Shown piece by piece: positions 7,525 through 18,852 of a stretch of DNA of 32,000 nt. Source of the DNA: Gemmata obscuriglobus (GTDB lineage: Bacteria > Planctomycetota > Planctomycetia > Gemmatales > Gemmataceae); contig NZ_CP042911.1 of assembly GCF_008065095.1 (NCBI RefSeq), forward strand, positions 2,010,001 through 2,042,000, given 5' to 3'. The translations under genes were made by a program, and so were the position numbers. The notes below the pieces were generated by a model that was given only the letters and a program-made list of their open reading frames with translations, searched no databases and was not told the origin of the DNA. Each line of letters begins with the position of its first letter. The stretch's first letter is position 1.

Positions 7525-8277
7525 TCACACCTTTCCAAGCACGAGGTCCACGACCCAACAGCCGCGGACGTGTGTCGCTCCCGCGTCGCGGCAGTGGGTC
7601 AGGATGTGCGCGTTATCGCAGCCTGCGTCCTGGAGCGCGTCCGCGAGTATCGGCATCGGGCCAAAATCGCCGGACTCATACACCAGGTTCGAGATGGCGG
7701 TGACCGTACTCGTGAGCCAAGACGGCTGAAAGAAGGGAACGCCGGCTTTTGTCAATTCGGTATCCCCGGACCGTCGTAAGGGGGCCGAGGCAATCATGTT
7801 GACAAATCCCGTCGCTTTGGCGAGCCAGCTCGAAATGGTCGATGCCGGTTTCGGGGCGACCGGCGGAAACGGCCGCCCAACGAGACAGTGGAGCGCGCCT
7901 ACACACCATTGCCGTGTTGCAGAATTCAAACCAGAACCGTCGATTATGTTGATGACCCGGTGAGCCACTTCGTCCGCATCGGCTACCCCAAGCAACAACG
8001 GGAGCGCGGCCAACTCGTCGTCGTAGTCGGGGTTTTGCCTGCTCCGAGCGAGGAGGTCCGCGACGGACTTGCCGACCGTGCTCAATTCAAGGGCGCCGTC
8101 GGCCGCGGCTTCGGCCGCCTGGATCGTTTCTGCTCCGCCGGGTAGCGACATGAGCCACTGATTCTTCCGGCAGCACGCGCAGACGAACAGGCGCAACTTG
8201 CGCGATGAGATCTTGCCTTGCACCCCACGCAACATTTCGCGCGGTTCGGTACACAGGAGCCACTCCGCTTCGGTCAT
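7525..8277 (-). CDS. Hypothetical Cys-rich protein of a Gemmata/myxobacterial paralogous family (C-terminal HVRGCWVVDLVLGK motif)
   Basis: Start chosen at MTEAEWLLCTEPREML (ATG 8277), which forms an ATGA overlap with the ABC ATPase stop. The 57 upstream codons of the long ORF lie inside that gene. C-terminus: ILADALQDAGCDNAHILTHCRDAGATHVRGCWVVDLVLGKV. Confidence 0.7.
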   Translation of the reverse strand: MTEAEWLLCTEPREMLRGVQGKISSRKLRLFVCACCRKNQWLMSLPGGAETIQAAEAAADGALELSTVGKSVADLLARSRQNPDYDDELAALPLLLGVADADEVAHRVINIIDGSGLNSATRQWCVGALHCLVGRPFPPVAPKPASTISSWLAKATGFVNMIASAPLRRSGDTELTKAGVPFFQPSWLTSTVTAISNLVYESGDFGPMPILADALQDAGCDNAHILTHCRDAGATHVRGCWVVDLVLGKV

Positions 8278-9077
8278 GGCGCGTCCCTTAGTTCGGTCAG
8301 CCGGTCCCGGGCCTCGCCCTGAATGAACTGCCGCACACGTGCGTCGTCCGCTTGGGCCAGGCCCGTTGGCGGGCCGTCGTAGAGGATTTGCTTCTCGTCT
8401 GAGCGGAGCCGCGAGCGCGGGTACAGCATTACCACGCGGCTCGCGCACTTCTCGACCGTCCGTAACTCGTGCGTGACGATCACGGACGTGACCGGGCGTC
8501 TGCTCCGGGTTTGCAGGATCAGCTCGTTGATGACGTCCGTCATGATCGGATCGAGCCCGGTGGTGGGTTCGTCGTAGAGCATCACGTCGGGGTCGAGCGC
8601 GAGCGCCCGCGCGAGCCCCACTCGCTTCCGCATCCCACCAGACAGCTCCGCGGGCATCTTGGGTTCGACGCTCGCCGGCAGGCCGACCTCCAGCACACGC
8701 TCGCGCACACGCGTGCTAACGTCCGCTTCCGCGAATCCGCCTTTCGCACGCAGCCCGAACGCCACATTGTCAAACACGTTTAGGCTGTCGAACAGGGCCG
8801 CCTGTTGAAACAGAAACCCTATCCGTAGGCGGAGTTGCGTCAGATCGCGTTCCGAGAGTTTGTGGAGCGGCTTGCCCTCAAACAGGATCTCGCCTTCGGT
8901 CGGTTGGAGCAAGCCGACGATGAGCTTCAGCAGCACGGTTTTGCCGCACCCGCTTTCGCCGATCACGCAAAGCGTGTCCTGGGGCATGATGTCCAGGTCC
9001 ACGCCCTGAAGCACCGTTTGTGCCCCGAACCGAACGGTCACGTTACGCAACCGAACCACCGGCTCTGCGTCACTCAT
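8274..9077 (-). CDS. ABC transporter ATP-binding protein (MlaF/Ttg2A-like)
   Basis: Walker A GESGCGKT, signature LSGGMRKRV, Walker B MLYDEPTTGLD. No permease or substrate-binding gene is adjacent. Confidence 0.9.
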   Translation of the reverse strand: MSDAEPVVRLRNVTVRFGAQTVLQGVDLDIMPQDTLCVIGESGCGKTVLLKLIVGLLQPTEGEILFEGKPLHKLSERDLTQLRLRIGFLFQQAALFDSLNVFDNVAFGLRAKGGFAEADVSTRVRERVLEVGLPASVEPKMPAELSGGMRKRVGLARALALDPDVMLYDEPTTGLDPIMTDVINELILQTRSRRPVTSVIVTHELRTVEKCASRVVMLYPRSRLRSDEKQILYDGPPTGLAQADDARVRQFIQGEARDRLTELRDAP

Positions 9078-9964
9078 TGCCGGCCCCCGAAGTACGCCCG
9101 GTCTCGCGCCTCGTACCCGGTGTAACCGAGAAGGTCATACAGTTCAGAACGCGTTTGCATTTTGGGAAGGCTGCCGGTTTGTGTGCCACTTTGCATCAAG
9201 TCGCGGAGGGTGTCCTCGGCGGCCTTCATTGCCACGCGGAACGCGGTGAGCGGGAACAGCACCAGCCGGTATCCCATTTCGCCGAAGGTTTTAACGTCCA
9301 GGTACGGCGATTTGCCGAACTCGGTCATGTTCGCCAGCAGCACGGCCCCAGGTAGCGCTTTCGCGAACCGCTCGAACTCGTCGCGGGACTCCATCGCCTC
9401 CGGGAAGATCGCATCGGCGCCCGCGTCCAAATACCGCTTCGCGCGATCGAGCGCGTCATCGAAGCCGTTCACCGCCTTGGCGTCGGTTCGCGCCATGATG
9501 ACGAAGTCCTTATCCCGCTTTGCCGCGACCGCCGCCCGGATCTTGGCGGCCATCACTTCGGCGCTCACAACCGATTTCCCGGAGAGGTGACCGCACCGTT
9601 TGGGCATCTCTTGATCTTCAAGGTGAATCCCCGCGGCCCCCGCCGCCTCAAACATGCGGACGGTTCGCTCAACGTTAAGTGATTCGCCGAAGCCCGTGTC
9701 CGCGTCACAGAGCAGGGGGAGGGTGGTGGCTTGCGCAGTGAGCTGGGCGGCTTGGGTGAACTCGGTGAGCGTAAGTAACCCGATGTCCGGGACGCCACTA
9801 CCTGCGGAAAGAGCCCCCCCGGAGAGGTAGACGGCCGAAAATCCAAGTCGCTCTGCCATTTTCGCAACGAGCGGATTGAACACACCAGGGAGGGTGAGAG
9901 GGCCGCTCATCCACGCCGCCCGCAATCTCGCCCCTGGCGAGAGGGAATTCGTGTCGAAAGACAT
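9074..9964 (-). CDS. Isocitrate lyase/PEP mutase superfamily enzyme (methylisocitrate lyase-like)
   Basis: DADTGFG and EDQEMPKRCGHLSGKSVV (KRCGH active-site loop). Start taken at MSFDTNSLSPG (ATG 9964), because the 37 upstream codons look non-coding. ATGA overlap with the ABC gene at 9074-9077. Confidence 0.8.
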   Translation of the reverse strand: MSFDTNSLSPGARLRAAWMSGPLTLPGVFNPLVAKMAERLGFSAVYLSGGALSAGSGVPDIGLLTLTEFTQAAQLTAQATTLPLLCDADTGFGESLNVERTVRMFEAAGAAGIHLEDQEMPKRCGHLSGKSVVSAEVMAAKIRAAVAAKRDKDFVIMARTDAKAVNGFDDALDRAKRYLDAGADAIFPEAMESRDEFERFAKALPGAVLLANMTEFGKSPYLDVKTFGEMGYRLVLFPLTAFRVAMKAAEDTLRDLMQSGTQTGSLPKMQTRSELYDLLGYTGYEARDRAYFGGRQ

Positions 9965-10128
9965 TGGGTTTCTCACGTGGCGAACAAGTGAAATCCGCAT
10001 TATCGCAGTGCGTCTGCGAACACGAAGGAAGAAATTTCGGAAAGCTGAGATTCGTCGGAAGTCCTTTGAGGGCAATGTGTCCAGATCGATGTGTTAGCCG
10101 GTGAGCGGGGCGGAGATTTACCGCACCC

Positions 10129-10156
10129 TTGACACTTCGAGGTCCCACTTTAGAAT
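10129..10156 (+). promoter_or_regulatory. Near-consensus sigma-70 promoter upstream of tRNA-Ile
   Basis: TTGACA (10129-10134), 16-nt spacer, TAGAAT (10151-10156). It lies about 170 nt upstream of tRNA-Ile. Confidence 0.55.
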
Positions 10157-10324
10157 CTCCCAAGTGCAATCCCACCCCATGAGGTGTGCGTTGATTACCC
10201 GATTAATGGAAAAGATGATTCCGCCGTTGTGCGGATAGCTCTCCCAACAACTCGGGTGTTGAGGGGGCCAAACCAAATCGGTTTGGCTTTCGTGTTTCAT
10301 GGGGTTGTTATTGGGTGCGATAAC

Positions 10325-10398
10325 GCGCGTGTAGCTCAGTTGGTACGAGCACGTCGCTGATAACGACGGGGTCCCTGGTTCAAATCCAGGCACGCGCA
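10325..10398 (+). tRNA. tRNA-Ile (anticodon GAT)
   Basis: Cloverleaf folded by hand: acceptor GCGCGTG/CACGCGC, D arm GCTC..GAGC, anticodon stem CGTCG/CGACG with loop CTGATAA, T arm CCTGG-TTCAAAT-CCAGG. 74 nt. CCA is not fully encoded. Confidence 0.93.
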
Positions 10399-10418
10399 CC
10401 TGTTTTTAAGTATATGGC

Positions 10419-10491
10419 GGGGGTGTAGCTCAGTTGGTAGAGCGCCTGCTTTGCAAGCAGGATGTCAGGGGTTCGAGTCCCCTCTCCTCCA
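10419..10491 (+). tRNA. tRNA-Ala (anticodon TGC)
   Basis: GGGGGTG acceptor with the G3:U70 pair, anticodon stem CCTGC/GCAGG with loop TTTGCAA, T arm AGGGG-TTCGAGT-CCCCT. 73 nt. There is one U-U mismatch at 6:67 in the acceptor stem. Confidence 0.9.
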
Positions 10492-10603
10492 CACCACTGA
10501 TGGTAGCCTGATCTGATGCCTGGGAAGTGGTGACAGGTGTCTTAAGCCGCAACGACCCGCAAGCGATTTGCGAAAAAGTGAAGAAGAAAAATTGCGGGTC
10601 AGG

Positions 10604-10631
10604 TTGACGAGCGAATGGTCGCCGCTAGTAT
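10604..10631 (+). promoter_or_regulatory. Second near-consensus sigma-70 promoter, between tRNA-Ala and the 23S rRNA, with an A-rich upstream tract
   Basis: TTGACG (10604-10609), 16-nt spacer, TAGTAT (10626-10631). It is preceded by gaaaaagtgaagaagaaaaatt, which looks like an UP element. Spacing and -10 form match the promoter at 10129. Confidence 0.5.
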
Positions 10632-10809
10632 TGAGGATGTCGCAACGTTATGTTTGATAGGACGTTGCGACAAATTGATGTGATGGTGGTCGAAAGTTGG
10701 ACTTGCATCATTCGACAGGGTGAGTAAGTCGTTTGGGTTGCTGTCCTACTTCAAATGAAGTGGTTAAGTAGCCCAATATTCGCGGACAGTTAAGCTGCCC
10801 GTTAGTAGC

Positions 10810-10821
10810 GGTCTTTGACAA
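10810..10821 (+). promoter_or_regulatory. boxA-like antitermination element in the 23S leader
   Basis: GGTCTTTGACAA matches the rrn boxA core GCTCTTTAACAA (recalled from memory) at 10 of 12 positions. Confidence 0.45.
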
Positions 10822-11076
10822 CGTGGTGAAGCAAGTTAAGTTGCATCTTCGTCGGTGCCGCTTGCGGGTCGTCTGGGTGCGGCGTCGCTCCTTCGGGTGC
10901 GGGGTCGGGTCCGGCGGGTTGCGGGTGGTGGCGATCAGTGACAAGACGAGACACGAGCCTTAGAAGTGGTTGAGATAATCTCCGTGCGTGGCACATATCG
11001 GTGCCGCCGCGGAACTAGTGGTGATGCTCGACTGACGGTACCCGCTTGCCGGCGGGTGCGGTGGCCTGGGCAGTGC

Positions 11077-13826
<2,750 letters not shown>

Positions 13827-13924
13827 GCACTCCCCACTCCACCGCCCGTGTCTTGATACACATGCGACTTGACGCTTCACCACGTTGTACTGATACACCG
13901 TCGGGGTAACCCGACACGAACCAT

Positions 13925-14031
13925 GCCGGTGACCATACCCAAACGGAAACACCCGTTCCCATTCCGAACACGGCCGTGAAACGTTTGAGGCCGATGGTAG
14001 TGCGTCCAGCGCGAGAGTAGGTATCGCCGGC
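13925..14031 (+). rRNA. rrf: 5S ribosomal RNA (short, about 107 nt)
   Basis: GCCGGTGACCATACCC...CCCGTTCCCATTCCGAACACGGCCGTGAAAC...GGTAGTGCG...GAGAGTAGGTATCGCCGGC. The terminal helix GCCGGTGA/TCGCCGGC closes the molecule. Confidence 0.9.
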
Positions 14032-14041
14032 TAATTACAAT

Positions 14042-14085
14042 GAAGCCCCACACGGTTAAAACTGTGTGGGGCTTCTTCGTTTTTC
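14042..14085 (+). terminator. Rho-independent terminator of the rRNA unit
   Basis: gaagccccacac (14042-14053) pairs perfectly with gtgtggggcttc (14064-14075), giving a 12-bp stem. A T-rich tail ttcgttttt follows. Confidence 0.85.
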
Positions 14086-14352
14086 CGCCTTGATCTATCG
14101 ACCACTGCGGGAACCGTCCGTGCCCATCGCTCGGGCAAATGCTAGGAAGTCCATCGTTCAGCCGATATCAGCGAAATCGCTACGCACATGTGCCGTGATT
14201 GCAACCCCTCTCGCTGCTCTTAGCTCGGGATACTCTTGAGCCGCAAATGCAAGTGGTCGCCGTGACTTGAGGCAGTGCGGCCACGGCTCACGGGAACCGA
14301 ACTCTGTACTGAATTGTTGCGAGCACAATTCTGGTGTTCCGGGGGGGGAACG

Positions 14353-15147
14353 CTACTCGCCTTCGAGGTCGGTGTCTTTCAAGTCTGTTAGGAACATGTG
14401 ACCCGGCTTGTGTGTGATTGCGAACGGCGGTTTCGCCTGCATCAGGGCGGCTTGCGGCGTTACACCACAGGCCCAGAACACCGGCACTTCATTGTTCCGT
14501 ATTTCGACGCCGTCGCCAAAATCGGGTTTCGTTATGTCACGGATGCCGATGGCGGTGGGATCGCCGAAATGGACCGGAGCGCCGTGAGCTCGTGGGAAGC
14601 GACTGCAAATCTGAGTCGCTTTCACCTCCTGTGCGGGTGTGAGCGGACGCATCGAGACCACCATCGGGCCGCTGAAGCGTCCCGCAGGCTTGCACGGGAC
14701 GTTCGTCCGGTACATCGGCACGTTCACGTTCTGTTCGATGTGCCGCACCGGTACCCCGGCGGCCATGAGCGCGGTCTCGAAGGTGAAGGAACAGCCGATT
14801 ACGAACGATACGAGATCGTCCCGCCAATAGCGAGTGATGTCAGTAGGTTCCGCAACTAGTTCGCCGTGTTCCCAGACCCGGTACGCTGGAAGGTCGGTAC
14901 GCAGGTCGCTCCCCGGGGCGGTGAGTTTCGCCTCGGAATCGCCCGCTTCGGTCACATCAAGGAGCGGGCACGGCTTCGGGTTTCGCTGGCAGAACAGCAA
15001 GAAGTCGAAAGCCCAGTCGCGCGGCAGGATCACCAAGTTTGCGTGGACGTAACCGAGTGCGAGGCCCGGGGTCGGCCCGGTGTGGCGGCCGGCGCGGCAC
15101 GCGGCACGCACATCACTGCCGGTTGCGTGGATCAGATCGTTCAACAT
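14353..15147 (-). CDS. DUF1445 putative hydro-lyase (D-glutamate cyclase-like)
   Basis: Start taken at MLNDLIH (ATG 15147), a TGATG overlap with the upstream gene. [41 protein letters not shown] is the family hallmark. Confidence 0.88.
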   Translation of the reverse strand: MLNDLIHATGSDVRAACRAGRHTGPTPGLALGYVHANLVILPRDWAFDFLLFCQRNPKPCPLLDVTEAGDSEAKLTAPGSDLRTDLPAYRVWEHGELVAEPTDITRYWRDDLVSFVIGCSFTFETALMAAGVPVRHIEQNVNVPMYRTNVPCKPAGRFSGPMVVSMRPLTPAQEVKATQICSRFPRAHGAPVHFGDPTAIGIRDITKPDFGDGVEIRNNEVPVFWACGVTPQAALMQAKPPFAITHKPGHMFLTDLKDTDLEGE

Positions 15148-16079
15148 CAGGACTCCAGGATCTCGCGAATCCGGGCGAGCGGCTTCACGTACTTGTCCCA
15201 CGTTAACCCGTCGACGGTGGCGGTCTGCTGGCCCGTCACCCCATCCACGAGCGGCCCCTCTCGCACCATGATTTCGAGAATCTTGCGTTCGCAGTTCGGG
15301 TCGAAGAGGTCACCGTGCGGCGTCACCCCGCGCAGAACGTAAACGCCCGCGGCGAAGGCATAAGCGCCCCAGTTGCTGACCCCGCATACGATCAGGTGAT
15401 CCGTCGGAACGCGGCAGTGAATCAGGTCGCCATTCGGGATGTTCTTGACGATCGTGTCGTGCGGGATCTTCCCCATCCCGATCTCGTTGCCGCCGTCGCC
15501 GATACCGATGGTTTCGACGAGCCGCTGCTCGGCGTTGCGCAAGAAACCCTCATCGACCGGCTTCGTGAACCCGGTGATGTCGCGGCCGCGCATTGAGTAG
15601 TAGCGTCCGTTGCTCGCCCGGCCGACGTGTTCGATTGCGAGGTAGTGTGTGGCCGACTGACCGGGCCACGCTTCGTCGAGTTGGACAACGTAACTCGGTT
15701 GATCGGATTCGTCCCGGTACTCGATGTACGCGGGCTTCAGCGTGGTTCCCTGTGCAATTGCGGCGTGCATCGCGCTCACGCATGCCTTTTGGCCGGTCAA
15801 CCCGACTCGGTAGCCGAGCGGTACCAACGCGCGGAACAGGAACGCGGCGCCGAGCGGGCCGTCGGTCTCGAACGCCGGCGGGGTGGCTGTCGGGATGTAA
15901 AAGCCGGTGGTTACATCGAGCGCGGCATTAGGGGTTCCCACGAAGCTCCGGCACGCGGCCTCGAAGTCGCCCTTCGTGGCGGTAAACAGGTTGTCATTCG
16001 GATCACGTCCCAGACCGCGGTTGCCGGGGTCGGTTTGGACGGCGGCCAGAATTGCGGTCAGCTTCTCGTCGGTGGTCAT
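15147..16079 (-). CDS. DUF4392 domain protein
   Basis: 310 aa. [24 protein letters not shown] and [15 protein letters not shown]...[14 protein letters not shown] are typical DUF4392 motifs. ATGA overlap with the upstream RluA gene at 16076-16079. Confidence 0.8.
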   Translation of the reverse strand: MTTDEKLTAILAAVQTDPGNRGLGRDPNDNLFTATKGDFEAACRSFVGTPNAALDVTTGFYIPTATPPAFETDGPLGAAFLFRALVPLGYRVGLTGQKACVSAMHAAIAQGTTLKPAYIEYRDESDQPSYVVQLDEAWPGQSATHYLAIEHVGRASNGRYYSMRGRDITGFTKPVDEGFLRNAEQRLVETIGIGDGGNEIGMGKIPHDTIVKNIPNGDLIHCRVPTDHLIVCGVSNWGAYAFAAGVYVLRGVTPHGDLFDPNCERKILEIMVREGPLVDGVTGQQTATVDGLTWDKYVKPLARIREILES

Positions 16080-16801
16080 GTGTGGGTGTTCAGGAGATGA
16101 GCGAACCGGCCGCGCCAGATCTTCGGCACCTCCGACTTCACCGTTACGGGGTTCTTGGACGTCGGGTGCAGGAACGTGAGGCTCCGCGCGTGCAGCGCGA
16201 TCCCGTTTCCGAACGGCAGCTTGCTGCCGTACTTGTGATCGCCATAAATCGAGGCGCCGCGCGACGCGAGCTGCACCCGCAGTTGGTGCTTGCGGCCGGT
16301 GTGCGGCCGCAGTTCCAACCAGATCAGACCGTTGTGGCGCCCGCGCACCTGGAACAGCAGGCGCGCGAACTGCGCGCCGGGCGTTTCGGGCGCTACGGTT
16401 TCCACCCGGGCGTTGTCATCATCCTTCTGGAGCCAGTCTTCGAGTGAGCCGTTATCGGCGGTGACCCAGGGGCCGGGCGCTTGCGCCTCGATCACCGCCC
16501 AGTACACCTTTTCGACGCCCCCCTCGCGGAACTGTTCGCTGAGTCGCGCCGCGGCCTTGCTCGTGCGCGCGAATACCAGCGATCCACTCACCGGCTTATC
16601 AAGTCGGTGGACGACCCCGAGGAACACGTTCCCCGGCTTGTCGTACTTCTCTTTCAGGTACGCCTTAACCAGTCGATCGACGGTCTCGTCCTTACCGTCG
16701 AAGTGCGTGGTGGGCCACCCCGCCGGCTTGTTCAGCGCGAGGCAGTGGTTGTCTTCGTGCAAGATGTCCAGGCTGTCTGCGAACGACATAGGTGACATCA
16801 T
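16076..16801 (-). CDS. RluA-family pseudouridine synthase
   Basis: LALNKPAGWPT and the catalytic motif VHRLDKPVSGSLVFARTSKAAARL. Start chosen at ATG 16801 (ATGATG), which overlaps the amidase stop at 16798-16800. The longer ORF to 16927 lies inside the amidase gene. Confidence 0.85.
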   Translation of the reverse strand: MMSPMSFADSLDILHEDNHCLALNKPAGWPTTHFDGKDETVDRLVKAYLKEKYDKPGNVFLGVVHRLDKPVSGSLVFARTSKAAARLSEQFREGGVEKVYWAVIEAQAPGPWVTADNGSLEDWLQKDDDNARVETVAPETPGAQFARLLFQVRGRHNGLIWLELRPHTGRKHQLRVQLASRGASIYGDHKYGSKLPFGNGIALHARSLTFLHPTSKNPVTVKSEVPKIWRGRFAHLLNTHT

Positions 16802-18204
16802 AGCGGGAGCGGACGACGCTCGAAAGCGATCTCCGCTTCCCAGCGGGCGGCGACGCCGAAGAGTTGCGCCTCGCCGAGTCGCGGTCCGATCAGTTGTACG
16901 GCGAGCGGCAACCCTTCTGGCGACCAAGCGAACGGGAGCGAAACCGTGGGAAGCCCGACGTAACTCCAGGGCGAGTTAAAGACCGGGTTGCCGGTCGTTT
17001 CGCTCGTTGGCGCGGCCCCGGTTGTGGCGGGGGTGAGCAGAGCGTCGTAGTGATCGAATAAGGCGTCGCAGAGCCGCGACAGCCGCTCCTGATGGGCTTT
17101 GCAGTTCGCATACTCTGGGGCCGAGATGTTCAGCCCTTCGCGCAGGAGGGCCGTCACATTCGGCGGGTAGTCATCCGGATACCGGGCTAAGCGTGGGGCG
17201 TGGTAAGCCGCTGCTTCCACAGCCATGACGGTGTTGTGTCGGCGCGTCACCTCTCCGAATTCCGCGGGCAACGGGGCGTTGCGCGCATCCAACACGTTGA
17301 TCGGAATGGTGCCGTTGGTTGTTGTCGCCAGCCCCCCGACCCCCTCTAACCTTCGAGTGAGCGAGACGATTTGCTCGTGCAGGGCAGGGGCCCGTTCGTG
17401 GAAAATCCCACCGAGCACGGCGATTCGTTGCGGATCGGGCGACGTGAGCGGCGCGTAAGTGAGGTCCGGAACGCGCTCACCGGCGCTGGCCGGATCGCGT
17501 GGGTCGCGACCGGCAATGGCCTCGAAGATCCAAGCCAGTCCGTTCACGCAGTTCGCCATCACCCCGATGTGGTCGAGGCTCGGTGCCAGCGGCAGGACGC
17601 CGTCAACGCTCACCCGGCCGTGTGTCGGCTTCAGGCTGTATACCCCGCAGTAGCTCGCGGGGCGGGTGATTGAGCCGCCCGTCTGGGTTGCGAGTGCACC
17701 GAGGCACATCCCGCACGCGACCGCGGCGGCCGATCCGCTCGAACTGCCGCCCGGAGTGCGGTCGAGGTTCCAGGGGTTGCGCGTGACCGGCGGGTCGAAG
17801 CTGGCATAGGCGGTTGTGACCGTTTTGCCGAGGATGACGGCGCCCGCCTGACGCAGTCGTTCGACGCAGGTGGCGTCGCGACGGGCGTAGCTCTGCGCCC
17901 AGCGCTTCGAGCCGCACCCGGTGGGCATGTCGAACACGTCGATGATGTCTTTGATGCCGACGGGGATGCCGTGCAGCGGCCCGCGGTAGTTGTTCTGTTT
18001 CAGTTCCGCGGTGAGACGGGCGGCTTGCTCGCGCGCCCCGTCGCGGTCGATGTGAACCCAGGCGCGGACGCGGTCCTCGTACCGGTCGATGCGGGCGAGG
18101 CACTGCTCGAGGAGGTCCGCGGGCGTGAGTTCCCCGGTGCGGATGAACCCGGCGGCGTCTGTGATCGTCAGTGGTTCGGGCATTGAATGGGTTCTCGTTG
18201 GCAT
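16798..18204 (-). CDS. Amidase-signature family enzyme (GatA-like amidase)
   Basis: GGSSSGSAAAVACGMCLGALATQTGGSITRPASYCG is the amidase signature. The catalytic K region is GIPVGIKD. An alternative, more likely start is ATG 18183 (MPEPLTITDAAGF), because 18184-18204 lies inside the REP repeat. Confidence 0.9.
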   Translation of the reverse strand: MPTRTHSMPEPLTITDAAGFIRTGELTPADLLEQCLARIDRYEDRVRAWVHIDRDGAREQAARLTAELKQNNYRGPLHGIPVGIKDIIDVFDMPTGCGSKRWAQSYARRDATCVERLRQAGAVILGKTVTTAYASFDPPVTRNPWNLDRTPGGSSSGSAAAVACGMCLGALATQTGGSITRPASYCGVYSLKPTHGRVSVDGVLPLAPSLDHIGVMANCVNGLAWIFEAIAGRDPRDPASAGERVPDLTYAPLTSPDPQRIAVLGGIFHERAPALHEQIVSLTRRLEGVGGLATTTNGTIPINVLDARNAPLPAEFGEVTRRHNTVMAVEAAAYHAPRLARYPDDYPPNVTALLREGLNISAPEYANCKAHQERLSRLCDALFDHYDALLTPATTGAAPTSETTGNPVFNSPWSYVGLPTVSLPFAWSPEGLPLAVQLIGPRLGEAQLFGVAARWEAEIAFERRPLPL

Positions 18205-18335
18205 GACGCACAGGGCTCCCGCCCTGTGCTACGTCCGCCGGCCCCTCCGGGGCGGAAAGACAACCGTACGCGGCGCACATTTATGCGCCTTTAGCACTCG
18301 GAGGGGCGCTGGGCGAAGTGGGAGCCCTGTGCGCC
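18203..18335. repeat. Left REP doublet (full copy plus degenerate inverted half-copy)
   Basis: Contains hairpin cacagggc-tccc-gccctgtg and hairpin gcccc-tcc-ggggc. The inner end ...gggagccctgtgcgcc is an inverted copy of the first hairpin arm. Confidence 0.75.
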
Positions 18336-18383
18336 AACTGCGTGTACAATGGGGCGGTCGTTCGTCCCTCCGGGGGCTCGTCC

Positions 18384-18830
18384 GTGCCGCAAACTTACAC
18401 GCGGTTGCTGTACCATGTTGTATTCAGCACCAAGAGCCGCGAATCATGGCTCGAACCCGCGTGGCGTCCCGAACTGTACGAGCTTATCGGTGGGGGAGTG
18501 CGGAACCGAAAGGGCGAAATGCTCGCCATCGGCGGTGTGTCGGATCACGTTCACCTACTGCTTCGGTCGCCCGCGACACGATCGCTGTCCGACGTGGTAC
18601 GCGATGTGAAAGCGAACTCGTCCGGGTGGTTACACGACCGCGGGGTTTTTCCGTTCGACTGGCAGGACGGGTACGGCGCGTTCACGCTGGGACCGTCCGC
18701 GATTCGCGGCGTAAGCACATACATTGAGAACCAGGAGGCGCACCACGCCCGGGCCTCGTTCGCCGACGAGATGCGGGCGATGCTGCTTGCCAGTGACGCT
18801 ACGGAAGACGAGTTGCGCGATTGGGGCTAA
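18384..18830 (+). CDS. IS200/IS605-family Y1 (HUH) transposase-like protein, REP-associated tyrosine transposase (RAYT) type
   Basis: (V)PQTYTRLLYHVVFSTKSRE..., HUH motif DHVHLLL, Tyr motif YIENQEAHH. The ORF track starts at 18318, but the GTG at 18384 matches the usual family N-terminus (MPQSYxxLLYHxVFSTK). Confidence 0.85.
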   Translation: MPQTYTRLLYHVVFSTKSRESWLEPAWRPELYELIGGGVRNRKGEMLAIGGVSDHVHLLLRSPATRSLSDVVRDVKANSSGWLHDRGVFPFDWQDGYGAFTLGPSAIRGVSTYIENQEAHHARASFADEMRAMLLASDATEDELRDWG

Positions 18831-18852
18831 CGTCTTCCGCTGCCGCGTTTCT

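Noticed and set aside
7525-8448. N-terminal extensions of several track ORFs: 7525..8448, 9074..10075, 14353..15201, 16076..16927 and 26859..28979
   Set aside because: The extensions overlap the upstream gene or are Arg/Pro-rich. Internal ATGs give ATGA or TGATG coupling, or proper signal peptides and family-typical N-termini, so the shorter coordinates were used.
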